Source: a virus (lineage: Duplodnaviria > Caudoviricetes). Taken from it: DNA of 64,000 nt. The DNA is taken from the IMG/VR virus record IMGVR_UViG_3300020477_000013, positions 128,001 to 192,000 of that record; one strand, written 5' to 3'. This document shows positions 10,235 to 19,989 of the stretch, in pieces; the stretch's first letter is position 1; every line of letters begins with the position of its first letter. The translations under genes were made by a program, and so were the position numbers. The notes beneath the pieces are model-generated. The model made no database searches, was not told where the DNA came from, and saw nothing but the letters and a program-made list of their open reading frames with translations.

Positions 10235-11281
10235 ATGGAAAAAGATTATTATGATATCTTAGGCGTATCTAGATCAGCGAATTCTGATGATATAAAAAAA
10301 GCTTATCGAAAGCTAGCTGTTCAATTTCATCCGGATAAAAACCCGGACGATTCAGTTGCAGAAGAAAAATTCAAGGAGATAAGCGAGGCATACAGCATTC
10401 TGTCTGATCCCACAAAGAGGTCACAATATGATTCACCTACGGGGTTTACACATGCCGAGGGCTTTAACACAGCGGGTGATTTCAACGATATCTTTCAGCA
10501 GTTTGGGTTTGACGATATTTTTTCTGGTTTTTTCGGCGGCCGCAGGAGGCGCCGTCAGCAGTCGAGGAACCCCAATATAGAGATGGAGATGGAGATCCCA
10601 TTTCTCGACTCAGTACGCGGCGTGACGAATAAGATTCACCTGCAGCGCCGCGCGTCATGCGGCTCATGTCATGGCTCTGGTGCAAAGTTGGGTAGTAAGC
10701 CTGTGACATGCCCAACATGTAATGGCGCGGGAAGGACAGCACACAGGCAGGGGTTTATGTCTGTGACTATGGGATGCAGTACATGTTCTGGCTCCGGGAA
10801 AATTCTTACTGACCCTTGTTTGTCATGCTCTGGCACAGGCGTAACGCTGGAGACTGAAGAATTTGATATTAGGGTTCCTGCTGGGATTCATGAAGGAGAA
10901 TGTGTTGCTATAAGGGGGATGGGTGAGGTAGTGGATCCCTCTCTTCCACAAGGCGACTTAAATATTTTCATAAAAGTAAAGAAGACAAAAGATTTTGACC
11001 GCCGAGGTAATGATATTTTCTCCGATGTATCAGTACCGTTTGAGATTGCTACGCTGGGAGGTACTGTAGATCTTACGACTATCCACGGGACAAAAAAAGT
11101 GACTGTGCCGAAAGGTACACAGACAGGAAAGACAATTCGTGTAGCAGGTATGGGGGTTCACCATGAAACAGACTCTGCAAAGGGTGATCATTTTGCAAGG
11201 GTAATGATATCTGTTCCCACTACACTTACTGAGGATCAAGAGAATGTTTTGAGGATGTATTTTTCTTTGAACAATACATGA
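10235..11281 (+). CDS. dnaJ: Chaperone DnaJ (class A)
   Basis: DYYDILGV...HPD J domain, G/F region, four CxxCxGxG repeats, C-terminal domains. Confidence 0.97.
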   Translation: MEKDYYDILGVSRSANSDDIKKAYRKLAVQFHPDKNPDDSVAEEKFKEISEAYSILSDPTKRSQYDSPTGFTHAEGFNTAGDFNDIFQQFGFDDIFSGFFGGRRRRRQQSRNPNIEMEMEIPFLDSVRGVTNKIHLQRRASCGSCHGSGAKLGSKPVTCPTCNGAGRTAHRQGFMSVTMGCSTCSGSGKILTDPCLSCSGTGVTLETEEFDIRVPAGIHEGECVAIRGMGEVVDPSLPQGDLNIFIKVKKTKDFDRRGNDIFSDVSVPFEIATLGGTVDLTTIHGTKKVTVPKGTQTGKTIRVAGMGVHHETDSAKGDHFARVMISVPTTLTEDQENVLRMYFSLNNT

Positions 11282-11326
11282 TAACGGTTTAATTTTTTAA
11301 CTAAGAAGCAAAAGGAGCCGCAAGGG

Positions 11327-11545
11327 ATGGATACCATCGAAGATCTCAAGAAGCTTAATAAAGAGCTCAATGAAGAGATTAATAACTTAGAGTCTGATCT
11401 TGAATTTTGCCGAAGGGAACTAGCCGAATCCGTACGGGACGACATAGAATACCAGGCGACAATTCGAAAATTGCGTGCAGAAGTCAATAATTTAAAAAAC
11501 AAGATTAAAGTTCTAGAGAGCCCTAACACAGGAGGAGATGAGTAA
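11327..11545 (+). CDS. Coiled-coil hypothetical protein
   Basis: ORF track; heptad pattern. Confidence 0.55.
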   Translation: MDTIEDLKKLNKELNEEINNLESDLEFCRRELAESVRDDIEYQATIRKLRAEVNNLKNKIKVLESPNTGGDE

Positions 11546-11730
11546 TGGCAATGTCAGTAAAGAAGATGACAGGAATGCCTAGCCCAAAGAAGAAGACGTC
11601 ACAGGGGTGTGGGAAATACACAAAGACATCCCATGCTGGGGGCGAGACTTATTACGGGCATGTGAGGTCTGGGTCACCACCAGGCAAAGCACATAGGAGA
11701 AAGAAGCCTTATAGGGGACAAGGTAGATAA
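11545..11730 (+). CDS. Small basic protein ending YRGQGR
   Basis: GGAGG RBS; TAATG overlap; KKTSQG...YRGQG pattern recalled from T4-like marine phages. Confidence 0.6.
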   Translation: MAMSVKKMTGMPSPKKKTSQGCGKYTKTSHAGGETYYGHVRSGSPPGKAHRRKKPYRGQGR

Positions 11731-11999
11731 TGCAAGGCCAACCCTGGAAAGTCGAAAAGATATTTGATACATTTGAGCTAGCTGATAAGAAGCGCAAGAA
11801 TATTCTCCGAAATTCAGAAAATGTAAGTGTGAAGGTTAAGAGGATGTCAACCGGTAAATTTGCCGTGAAGACTAGGACACAGCACGTTGATGCCTCCGCG
11901 GTGGCTAGGGAAGATAAGCAGCCCCTTAGTCCAAAAAAGCTTAGGCAGGAAAAGAAGCGCAAAAATCGAGAACGTCGAGCTAAGAAAATGCCGTCCTAA
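11730..11999 (+). CDS. Basic hypothetical protein
   Basis: TAATG overlap with the previous gene. Confidence 0.55.
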   Translation: MQGQPWKVEKIFDTFELADKKRKNILRNSENVSVKVKRMSTGKFAVKTRTQHVDASAVAREDKQPLSPKKLRQEKKRKNRERRAKKMPS

Positions 12000-12012
12000 T
12001 ACCTTCCACTTA

Positions 12013-12041
12013 GTGCAAAAATCGAATATTTATTTTATAAT
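12013..12041 (+). promoter_or_regulatory. Promoter GTGCAAA-N16-TATAAT
   Basis: Match to the recurrent motif, upstream of 12067. Confidence 0.7.
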
Positions 12042-12066
12042 AATATTGTAAGGCACGGAGGATACC

Positions 12067-12891
12067 ATGGCACGAAAGTCAAGAGAATTGAGACTTTCAC
12101 AATCTAGAGACCTAATGCTTGCTTACGAAGAAGCATGTATGGACTCTGATTATCGATATCGGTTTATCGGTGACATGGTAAGGAGGCTTGAACGCCCTAA
12201 GGCCCTAAGTCAAAAGCAACGAAAGTGGCTGGATTCTCTTATCGACGAGGGGGCCCCCGCGCCTAAAGGCGACCCAGTTCTCATACAGAAGATTAAAGAT
12301 GCTGCTGAGCTTGACGGGATGCAGCATCGCCGTCAGGTTCTATGTGATTTTGCCGGAACGATTTGTAGAGGATATACCCTCAGCGAAAAGCAGTTTAAAT
12401 TTTTGGATATCATGTTATCTGAGGCGGAAGAGATTAGGCAGAATGGAAGGTATCGCCCTGCGGATCCTGGCCGGTTAGCCACCGCAAGTTCGCTGTTGTC
12501 AGGTAAGTCAGAGTGGTATTGGGCTCACCGCCGTGGTACAGCGAAAGCCTATCATAAAGTTCAATCATGGCTTAAGTGGAACACCATGCGAGAGGTGATT
12601 GAAGAAGTTAAGCTGCTTGGCAAAGAAACAAACCACGTTTTAGGTGAAGAGCCGGTTATCGATGAGTGGTCGTGCGAAAAGGTTTTGAAGGCAGCAAAAA
12701 CCGGTTTGTCTGAGATTGACTCTCCTCGTCATGAGGTCGGTGCACTACGTTATGTGGTCCTCGCCGGAAAAAGCATTCCCGGCATGGTAATGACTGAACC
12801 AAAAGTTATGGGTAATGATGTTAAGCAACAAATCCTGGTGGGGGGTGAAATGATTACATGCTCCACTACAGATATTCGTAAAAGAAAATAA
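12067..12891 (+). CDS. Hypothetical protein
   Basis: 274-aa ORF; GGAGG RBS; own promoter. Confidence 0.75.
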   Translation: MARKSRELRLSQSRDLMLAYEEACMDSDYRYRFIGDMVRRLERPKALSQKQRKWLDSLIDEGAPAPKGDPVLIQKIKDAAELDGMQHRRQVLCDFAGTICRGYTLSEKQFKFLDIMLSEAEEIRQNGRYRPADPGRLATASSLLSGKSEWYWAHRRGTAKAYHKVQSWLKWNTMREVIEEVKLLGKETNHVLGEEPVIDEWSCEKVLKAAKTGLSEIDSPRHEVGALRYVVLAGKSIPGMVMTEPKVMGNDVKQQILVGGEMITCSTTDIRKRK

Positions 12892-12989
12892 ATGCAGTAA
12901 AAAAGGTTTATACACTTAGCACAGTATAGATAGAATATTCACAACCTGGGGTCACTTGGCCCCTTTGTTATATTAAAAAAGGTATTAAA

Positions 12990-13352
12990 ATGTTGAGAAT
13001 AATTTTGGTAATAGCGATGATTGCTGTCTCTCTTCTGTTGATGGGTTGCAGTGATGATGTTGTCAATGAGGTATCAGATACCCAGGGGGTTTCTGTATCG
13101 GAGGACGCTTTGGGCTCGGATGCATCTGGGTTAGATGCTGAGGGTTCTCCAGCAGATGCTGGTGAAGCTTCCACCGACGTTGACGAGCAAGATAGTGCTG
13201 CCTCAGAGGGTGGTGATTCTGTACCAGCAGAGCCCATTGGCGATGATGCCGAGGAACTACCCTCAGATCCAACTGAGAATCCTGGTGATCAGTCAGCACA
13301 TTATTCATTTCCCGCTTGGGAAATTCCACCTTCAAATGACGATAACAGATAG
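12990..13352 (+). CDS. Acidic lipoprotein
   Basis: Lipobox LLMGC; D/E/S-rich. Confidence 0.65.
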   Translation: MLRIILVIAMIAVSLLLMGCSDDVVNEVSDTQGVSVSEDALGSDASGLDAEGSPADAGEASTDVDEQDSAASEGGDSVPAEPIGDDAEELPSDPTENPGDQSAHYSFPAWEIPPSNDDNR

Positions 13353-13362
13353 GAGGTTTATC

Positions 13363-13698
13363 ATGAAGGAATTTTTAAAGAAGAATGGTATTTGGGTCGT
13401 TGCAGTTACGGTAATTGTTGCAGTTTTGCTTTGGGTATCTGGTATCGTGGGTAGTTTTGTGCCTGGTGTAGCTACTAACACTAACACAGCCACTGATACT
13501 ACTATCACTGCGCCTGCGTCGACATCTACTTCTGGTGAGAATACAGGTACAACCACAGGTACAACCACAGGTACAACCACAGGTACAACCACAGGTACGA
13601 CGAATACGGGTACAACAACTACACCTGAGAATTCTGTGCCTACGATTGAGGGTACCTCCACGAATGCTGATAAGACGAATATTAATACAGACAATTAA
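13363..13698 (+). CDS. Membrane-anchored Thr-rich protein
   Basis: ATG 13363 with AGGAGG RBS (track start 13135 is an extension); TM helix then (TGTT)n. Confidence 0.7.
   Translation: MKEFLKKNGIWVVAVTVIVAVLLWVSGIVGSFVPGVATNTNTATDTTITAPASTSTSGENTGTTTGTTTGTTTGTTTGTTNTGTTTTPENSVPTIEGTSTNADKTNINTDN
13543..13598 (+). repeat. 12-bp tandem repeat ACAGGTACAACC, 4 full copies plus 8 nt
   Basis: Direct reading; encodes TGTT repeats. Confidence 0.95.
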
Positions 13699-13720
13699 TA
13701 TACGCTATTAAGCATGCCAT

Positions 13721-13756
13721 AAAAGGCATCCCCGGCATCGGGGATGCCTTTTTTAT
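13721..13756. terminator. Bidirectional-type intrinsic terminator
   Basis: AAAAGGCATCCCC-GGCATC-GGGGATGCCTTTT plus T run. Confidence 0.85.
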
Positions 13757-13831
13757 TATAACCATGTCTATACCACGTAGTGCCACACATGATGCTTGTA
13801 CACTGTATGTGGGTTATATAAGGTTTAACAT

Positions 13832-13905
13832 GTTCTCGTAGCTCAGCTGGATAGAGCGACCGCCTCCTAAGCGGTAGGTCGCAGGTTCGAATCCTGCCGG
13901 GAACG
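13832..13905 (+). tRNA. tRNA-Arg (anticodon CCU), CCA not encoded
   Basis: Anticodon arm ACCGC-CTCCTAA-GCGGT; GGTTCGAATCC; acceptor GTTCTCG/CGGGAAC. Confidence 0.93.
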
Positions 13906-13906
13906 A

Positions 13907-14239
13907 TTAATACTCACTATCGGAAGCATCAGGTAGTCTCATTGTTATCCTGCCGCTTTCAAGCTCGTCAGAAAGGAATTTTTGTGTATAAGATAATTCA
14001 TGCCTAAATTTTTCGAGTTGCCGTTCGACATGATGATATTCTACGTTGACTAATTCTTCTATTTTGTTTAGCCTATCATGGACTCCGGCGTCCCATTCAT
14101 ATTCTGCTGACATTTTTTTTCTTTCTAAGATAATTCCTATAGAGAAGCCAAGAACAAATGCAGCCGCTACTGCGGCTACAAAAACAATGACGTCCATTAT
14201 TTCCAACCCAATCATGATTTTATAAATAAGCGATAGCAA
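13907..14239 (-). CDS. Membrane-anchored hypothetical protein
   Basis: One of few minus-strand ORFs not overlapping a plus gene; start uncertain. Confidence 0.55.
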   Translation of the reverse strand: MLSLIYKIMIGLEIMDVIVFVAAVAAAFVLGFSIGIILERKKMSAEYEWDAGVHDRLNKIEELVNVEYHHVERQLEKFRHELSYTQKFLSDELESGRITMRLPDASDSEY

Positions 14240-14291
14240 TTAACTTATACACATAATGGAAAATTAAATCTTATTACGAGGTAGTAGGCTG

Positions 14292-15365
14292 ATGGCAGTA
14301 ACTAAAATTCATTACAGCAGAACGAGCGAAGGGGGGGTGGAACGAGCAGTCGGTCACGCCCTGAAAGCTTACCCAGGTACACTTTTAATATTCGTGGCCG
14401 ATTCGTCTAAAATATATGATGCAGTACGAGAGCGTTATCCTTTTCATGCTTGTATTCTTGCCGATAAGGAGCCTGATGAAGTCGTACCTGATATACTTAA
14501 GGAAAAGCGTATTGACATCAAGCAAGCAACATTTGTAATTGCATGCAACAGCGACCAGAAAGCCTTAAGGTATGTTGTATATATCACTGAGAATGGTGGG
14601 AAATATTTTCCCTGTGAAGACTCAAGGACGGCACAATATTTTCACATTAATGATAAGTGCTTTAGCATTGTAAATAGGCTGATGTGGATAGCACCAAGCC
14701 ATGTATCGGTCGACCAGTGGTGTAACATTATTCAGGCTATCGATATGACTTCCGATCTCACTGGCTCATACGTCGAGATAGGTGTGTTTAGAGGTTCTAG
14801 TGCAAAAGTTGCGTATGATTATTATAATACCATATGTAGGGAACAGACATGCTATTTTTTAGATACGTTTGGAGGGTTTCTTTATGATAGTGCTAAGGAC
14901 AGCCCTGACGCTAGGTGGGCAGAGGCCGATTTGCATGTTGTAGAGGATCATCCTATTTTCGGTAATTTGAAAGAGCAAGTTGGGGCATATTTGGATGGTA
15001 AGGCGGTGACTGCACATGGCGTGCTAGTACCTCCAGCTTCATGTACTAGCGGCACCCCGGATTCAACATATGCGGAATATAAATTGGTATCATGTGATAT
15101 TTGTGAAGATAACCTCCCTGGGGAGATAAAAAAGATCGCGGTATGTAATATCGACGTTGACCTCCAGGGTGCTATTGAGGCTGCTCTAAGAAAGTGTCAT
15201 CCTGTGATGGAATCAGGTGGTATAATGATAGTTCAAGACCCCGGAAAGACTCCTAGGCTTATCGGCGCCCGCCACGGTCTAGATAAATTCATGCAAGAGT
15301 TTGGCTCTAATTATCACCAAGTATACCTTGAGTCGTCAGGTCAGACTTACCTTATCAAGAAATAA
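14292..15365 (+). CDS. TylF/MycF-like O-methyltransferase domain protein
   Basis: GSYVEIGVFRGSS, YFLDTFGG, NIDVDL, GGIMIV. Confidence 0.65.
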   Translation: MAVTKIHYSRTSEGGVERAVGHALKAYPGTLLIFVADSSKIYDAVRERYPFHACILADKEPDEVVPDILKEKRIDIKQATFVIACNSDQKALRYVVYITENGGKYFPCEDSRTAQYFHINDKCFSIVNRLMWIAPSHVSVDQWCNIIQAIDMTSDLTGSYVEIGVFRGSSAKVAYDYYNTICREQTCYFLDTFGGFLYDSAKDSPDARWAEADLHVVEDHPIFGNLKEQVGAYLDGKAVTAHGVLVPPASCTSGTPDSTYAEYKLVSCDICEDNLPGEIKKIAVCNIDVDLQGAIEAALRKCHPVMESGGIMIVQDPGKTPRLIGARHGLDKFMQEFGSNYHQVYLESSGQTYLIKK

Positions 15366-15379
15366 GAGGAAGGTGCTCA

Positions 15380-15994
15380 ATGATTAAGTTGCTAGGGAAG
15401 GTGCCACGCAAGATATACGTTGCTTGTTCTGGTGGTTCCGATTCGATTGCTGCTTTAGATTTTTTAAGGCGTGGCAATCGGGATGTGTCTGCATGTTATT
15501 TTGACCATGTGACAGATCACAGCCCTGTAGCATGTGATGCAGTCAGTTCATATTGTAGCGAGCATGGTTTATCACTCACTTTAGGTAGTTGTAAGCGCAC
15601 GAAAAGCAAGGGGGAGAGCTGGGAGGAGTATTGGAGAAATGAGAGGCTAGATTTCTTTCACTCTTTAGATGCACCAGTGGTTACAGGACATACATTAGAC
15701 GACGTGTGTGAGTGGTGGGTGTTTACTTCGCTGACTGGGGTTCCTCGATTGATCCCATATGCACATAAAAACGTCATTAGGCCATTCATGCTAACACCAA
15801 AGGCTGATATGGTTTCGTGGTGTGAGAAGAAGGGAATCAAATTCGTTGAAGACCCGTCGAATTTTAGTGACAAGTATATGAGGTCGTTTATCAGAAAAAA
15901 TATGATGCCTCATGCACTTTATGTGAACCCTGGGTTTTATAAAGTTATGAGAAAAAAGCTAATCGATGAAACATCACACTTGGGAAGTGTATAG
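15380..15994 (+). CDS. tilS: tRNA(Ile)-lysidine synthase, minimal catalytic domain
   Basis: VACSGGSDS, TGHTLDD, IRPF, EDPSN...YMRSFIR; CAU tRNA immediately downstream. Confidence 0.88.
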   Translation: MIKLLGKVPRKIYVACSGGSDSIAALDFLRRGNRDVSACYFDHVTDHSPVACDAVSSYCSEHGLSLTLGSCKRTKSKGESWEEYWRNERLDFFHSLDAPVVTGHTLDDVCEWWVFTSLTGVPRLIPYAHKNVIRPFMLTPKADMVSWCEKKGIKFVEDPSNFSDKYMRSFIRKNMMPHALYVNPGFYKVMRKKLIDETSHLGSV

Positions 15995-16022
15995 TTTGGT
16001 ATACATTTTTTAAGCAATCTTC

Positions 16023-16100
16023 GGGCCCCTAGCTCAATCAGGTTAGAGCAAGCGGCTCATAACCGCTAGGTTCAGGGTTCAAGTCCCTGGGGGCCCACCA
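16023..16100 (+). tRNA. tRNA CAU, probably Ile2 (lysidine-modified)
   Basis: AGCGG-CTCATAA-CCGCT; G1-C72 (not initiator); C4-G69 and C5-G68; CCA; next to tilS. Confidence 0.92.
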
Positions 16101-16125
16101 AAAACTATGAAGACAGGTTTTTATC

Positions 16126-17160
16126 TTGAGTAATATTACTAGCGCAATTTGTTTTGATGATGTCTTGCTTGTCCCTAAGTATTCTGATATCCATTCAAGA
16201 AAAGAGATCGACTTGAGCGTCCCGCTACCTCGTACTAACATGTCTTTGGAAGTACCTATCATCTCTAGCCCGATGGATACAGTTACTGAAGATAACATGT
16301 CACATGCCATGTATGCATCAGGGGGCATGGGGATTATTCATAGGTATAATACTGTGGACAGGCAGGTCGAGATCTTAAATGATGCGATTATCGCCGGTGT
16401 GAAGCTGCCGGCTGCGGCTGTGGGTGTGTCTGGCGATTATCTAGATAGGGCAAGGGCATTGGCTGCCCATGGTGCAAAGGTTATATGCATCGATATTGCT
16501 CACGGTCATCATATCCTTATGAAGAATGCATTGTATGAACTGAGATGCTCACTTGGTAAAAGCGTGCATATTATGGCAGGTAATGTTGCAACTCTTGATG
16601 CGTTTAATGATCTTGCAGACTGGGGTGCTGACAGTATCAGGGTAGGAATAGGGGGCGGTTCAATCTGCTCTACACGTGTCCAGACTGGGCATGGAATGCC
16701 AACACTCCAGACAATTTTTCACTGCGCAAAATCAGATAGGGATGCGTTGCTTATCGCCGACGGAGGAATTCGAAATAGCGGAGATATCGTTAAGGCATTA
16801 GCGGCTGGAGCAGATGCGGTGATGCTGGGCTCTCTACTTGCAGGTACTGATGAGTCTCCTGGTGAGGTTATTTATATTCCCACCGAAGACAGGCGAGTCA
16901 AGGCTTATCGTGGTATGGCTTCAATAGAAGCCCAGGTTGATTGGCGGGGTCATACATCATCAGTGGAAGGTGTTTCAACGACCATTGATTATAAGGGTCC
17001 TGTCGGGGTAGTCATTGGAGGCCTAGTAACAGGCATAAGGTCAGGCTTATCCTACTCTGGAGCAAGGGATGTAAGGGAGTTCCAAGCAGCAGCAGAATTT
17101 ATAAGGCAAAGTGCAGCTGGGGCTGTTGAGAGTTCAACCCACATCCTAAAGTCTTCTTAG
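16126..17160 (+). CDS. guaB: IMP dehydrogenase/GMP reductase family, CBS-less
   Basis: [44 protein letters not shown]; TTG start; IMPDH versus GMPR not resolved. Confidence 0.8.
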   Translation: MSNITSAICFDDVLLVPKYSDIHSRKEIDLSVPLPRTNMSLEVPIISSPMDTVTEDNMSHAMYASGGMGIIHRYNTVDRQVEILNDAIIAGVKLPAAAVGVSGDYLDRARALAAHGAKVICIDIAHGHHILMKNALYELRCSLGKSVHIMAGNVATLDAFNDLADWGADSIRVGIGGGSICSTRVQTGHGMPTLQTIFHCAKSDRDALLIADGGIRNSGDIVKALAAGADAVMLGSLLAGTDESPGEVIYIPTEDRRVKAYRGMASIEAQVDWRGHTSSVEGVSTTIDYKGPVGVVIGGLVTGIRSGLSYSGARDVREFQAAAEFIRQSAAGAVESSTHILKSS

Positions 17161-17201
17161 CCTACATATTTATATAACATAAATAATGTGAGGAAAACAC
17201 C

Positions 17202-17783
17202 ATGCAGGTTTTGGCATTAGACTTAAGCTATGTAATGGCACCTTCTATCTCGGAATATGATTCCTTCCCGTGCAGCACAAGAATAAGCCCTGAGAAGCAC
17301 TGGGATGCCATTAGGCATTCAACTGGAAAAGATCGGTTTGCGTTTAGTCTAGAGAGATTAGGCGAATTAATACGGGTTTTTTCGAAAGCGCTTAAGAATA
17401 TAGAGCAAGATCAAATACACTGGGTGATGCACCAGAGTGATGTTTTACCCGTTCTAGTGTCATGTGACCACCTAACAATACATAATATTGACCATCACCA
17501 TGATATAGAGTCTCAGTCACTCGATATGGCAGGGTGGGTACATGAGCTTGATAGGCAGAAATTAGTTGATGAATATACCTGGTGGCGAAATAGGAATTCT
17601 AAAAACATAAATGAGGATATGCTGAACTGCTCTTATGGTGAAACTACATTTTCAAAAAGGCAGCCCATGAAAAACCCGGATGTTGTTATTATTTCACGCT
17701 CACCCTTGATGGTACCACCCGAGTTACAAGGGCTTTACGATATTTTTCAAGGTATGGCATGTTCGTGGTTCAATTCTCACTGA
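17202..17783 (+). CDS. UPF0489/arginase-deacetylase-fold-like hypothetical protein
   Basis: LALDLSY and HNIDHHHD motifs. Confidence 0.4.
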   Translation: MQVLALDLSYVMAPSISEYDSFPCSTRISPEKHWDAIRHSTGKDRFAFSLERLGELIRVFSKALKNIEQDQIHWVMHQSDVLPVLVSCDHLTIHNIDHHHDIESQSLDMAGWVHELDRQKLVDEYTWWRNRNSKNINEDMLNCSYGETTFSKRQPMKNPDVVIISRSPLMVPPELQGLYDIFQGMACSWFNSH

Positions 17784-17816
17784 TATTTGCTTAGTGTTTT
17801 AGGATGATAGTTAATT

Positions 17817-18191
17817 ATGACGACGGGGAGTCGAGGCGTGGAATATACGAAGCACTTGCTTAAGGTTCTGATAGGTGAAATGATAGAGGCTAGAGACCCG
17901 TTAACGGTACCAGGTCCTGCTATGTGGCGTGCACAAGCCCAGAAAAGAAAAGATGCAGAGGCCGAAGCAGAAGAGAAGAAGAAAAAGCGAACACCTAAGT
18001 CCTCTACAGGTCATGAATACTCACCAGCCAGCGGGTTTGTTGACTACTATGGCGACACCAATGATGCATCATTTATGGATGATTACGGTTACTATGGGTA
18101 CCCAGAGGTGGGTGACTATGACGACTATGACGACTATGACGACTATGACGACTATGATGGTGGTTATGATATAGGTGAAGGCGATTACTAG
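17817..18191 (+). CDS. Hypothetical protein with Tyr/Asp-rich low-complexity tail
   Basis: ORF track; (YDD)n. Confidence 0.55.
   Translation: MTTGSRGVEYTKHLLKVLIGEMIEARDPLTVPGPAMWRAQAQKRKDAEAEAEEKKKKRTPKSSTGHEYSPASGFVDYYGDTNDASFMDDYGYYGYPEVGDYDDYDDYDDYDDYDGGYDIGEGDY
18114..18157 (+). repeat. 9-bp tandem repeat GACTATGAC, 4 full copies plus 8 nt
   Basis: Direct reading. Confidence 0.95.
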
Positions 18192-18194
18192 TTT

Positions 18195-18368
18195 ATGAAG
18201 TTAGATATTAAAACGCTCATTACGCTTTTGTCCATCGCTGCTATGCTGGGGGGCTTCTATTATTCTACCGAGGTTCGTCTTGATACATTGGAAAGTAATG
18301 TTGTTGAATTAAAGTCTGAAATTCAGGGGCTGAAAAAGCAAGTTAACAGACTTAAGAAAAGGAATTAA
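18195..18368 (+). CDS. Small TM plus coiled-coil protein (57 aa)
   Basis: MKLDIKTLITLLSIAAMLGGFYYSTEVRLDTLE...; below track cutoff. Confidence 0.6.
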   Translation: MKLDIKTLITLLSIAAMLGGFYYSTEVRLDTLESNVVELKSEIQGLKKQVNRLKKRN

Positions 18369-18371
18369 GGG

Positions 18372-18527
18372 ATGTCTGACACAGTAGTTGCATCATTAAT
18401 AATTTTAGGATTCACTGTCACGGGTATATTTTTAGGTGCATGGTTTGCCGCACGGGGGTTCGAGAAATCGCTTATTCAAATGATGGATGATCCTGATGCA
18501 CCGTGGAACAAGGAGGATGAAGAGTGA
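18372..18527 (+). CDS. Small TM protein (51 aa)
   Basis: MSDTVVASLIILGFTVTGIFLGAW...; GTGA overlap with 18524. Confidence 0.55.
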   Translation: MSDTVVASLIILGFTVTGIFLGAWFAARGFEKSLIQMMDDPDAPWNKEDEE

Positions 18528-18898
18528 GAATTACAAAGAAGCAGCTAAGGCAAGTCATTCGTGAAGCAGTCGAAGAAAATGAGCTGCTCGGCCTTACGGG
18601 CCCATGGCATGAAGTCGTAGCTGCATACATAGCTCGTGGTCCCGGTAATGGGAGTCAGTCTGCAACAAATATGGTGCTTAATAAGTTACACATGGGCCCG
18701 GATCTATGGCGTATGCAAGAGGATGTTTTAGAGGACATGCTTATTGAGCTTGGGCCAAATGCCACCCCTGAACAAATTGATGCGGTGAGTATTGAATTTC
18801 GCGATGGCGTTCGTGCCAATAAGTGGATGCCTCAAACCAAGGAAGAAATGGAGGCTGATTGGGCCCGCGGCGGAAAGCCTCGTGCGGATTACAGTTAG
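18524..18898 (+). CDS. Leader-family protein
   Basis: MRITKKQLRQVIREAVEE; GGAGG RBS. Confidence 0.8.
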   Translation: MRITKKQLRQVIREAVEENELLGLTGPWHEVVAAYIARGPGNGSQSATNMVLNKLHMGPDLWRMQEDVLEDMLIELGPNATPEQIDAVSIEFRDGVRANKWMPQTKEEMEADWARGGKPRADYS

Positions 18899-18906
18899 GG
18901 TGTTAG

Positions 18907-19152
18907 ATGAAAATTACACGTAGCCAACTTAGAAGAATCATCCGAGAAGCGATATTGCTAGAAGACAAAGAGGGAAAAGGAAAATGCCCTGATGATGGTT
19001 GTGTTCAAAAGCGCTCGAAGGGCTGGGTTATTATCTCTAACAAGACCGGAGAATGCTGGGGCAGAAGTAAGAAGCAGGGAGGCGAGTGTACATATTATGG
19101 CTCAAGGGAAAAAGCTGAAGCAGCGCTTGGCGCTTATCATGCAGGTGGGTAA
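18907..19152 (+). CDS. Leader-family protein, 4-Cys cargo
   Basis: MKITRSQLRRIIREAILLE. Confidence 0.8.
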   Translation: MKITRSQLRRIIREAILLEDKEGKGKCPDDGCVQKRSKGWVIISNKTGECWGRSKKQGGECTYYGSREKAEAALGAYHAGG

Positions 19153-19401
19153 ATGAAGATGTCTGGCAAACAGTTGAGAAAGATTATTCGAGAGACGTTA
19201 TCATTGGACCTTGAGGTTGGTGACGTAATTCTAACAGGCCGATTCAAGAATAAGCGCACTGTCGTTAGGGAACTAGGGACTGATGATCTAGGTCAACCAA
19301 CCGTTAACGGGATGAAGGTCTTATCTTTTCGCATTGAAAAACTGATGCCAAAAAGTAAGTGGAGTAAGAAGACACTGGAAGAGATAGGGGAAGACGAATG
19401 A
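19153..19401 (+). CDS. Leader-family protein, SH3/KOW-like cargo
   Basis: MKMSGKQLRKIIRETL; LEVGDVILTG. Confidence 0.75.
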   Translation: MKMSGKQLRKIIRETLSLDLEVGDVILTGRFKNKRTVVRELGTDDLGQPTVNGMKVLSFRIEKLMPKSKWSKKTLEEIGEDE

Positions 19402-19685
19402 GAATAGGGTTATCAAATTTGAGAATGTTGATTAGAGAGGCATTGGAGGTGTCTGATGAAGAGATTAGGGCATTTCTTTCTGACCAGGCTGCAACTTACC
19501 ATCAGGACCACAGTCTAGACATTGATGGTGATGAAATTCCGGATGCATCCGCTATTCGTGAACTACTGCAGGCCGATTTTCTAAATAACTTTAGTCATAT
19601 CTCAATTAGCGATTATGCTGATCTTATTGACAGGTTATCTGTGATGCCTGACGTCAAGTGGTCACGCCCTGTGATGATGGTGTAG
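19398..19685 (+). CDS. Leader-family protein (divergent leader)
   Basis: MRIGLSNLRMLIREALE. Confidence 0.7.
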   Translation: MRIGLSNLRMLIREALEVSDEEIRAFLSDQAATYHQDHSLDIDGDEIPDASAIRELLQADFLNNFSHISISDYADLIDRLSVMPDVKWSRPVMMV

Positions 19686-19692
19686 GTTATAG

Positions 19693-19989
19693 ATGTGGCC
19701 GAAGGGGTATCAACTTAAATGGTTTCGAAGGGAACTTCCAAGAAAAGAAGGTCCTGCCCCGCCTATGAGACCCGGTTTCGGCCAAACACCCCTTAACGTA
19801 ATACAGGATGGTGATAAATTTTACGTTGGGACCTACTTTGTTTTACCTGATGGGTCTAGGAAACCATATACAGTTGAGAGTCAATATTTCTCCACGGAGA
19901 AAGAAGCCAAAGTTGTATTGTCAAGAATGACAGGCGGAAAAATGAAGGAGTCACTACTGCGTGCTTATGTAAGAGAGATGCTGGGCTAA
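19693..19989 (+). CDS. Hypothetical protein with C-terminal helix motif
   Basis: Ends MKESLLRAYVREMLG. Confidence 0.6.
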   Translation: MWPKGYQLKWFRRELPRKEGPAPPMRPGFGQTPLNVIQDGDKFYVGTYFVLPDGSRKPYTVESQYFSTEKEAKVVLSRMTGGKMKESLLRAYVREMLG

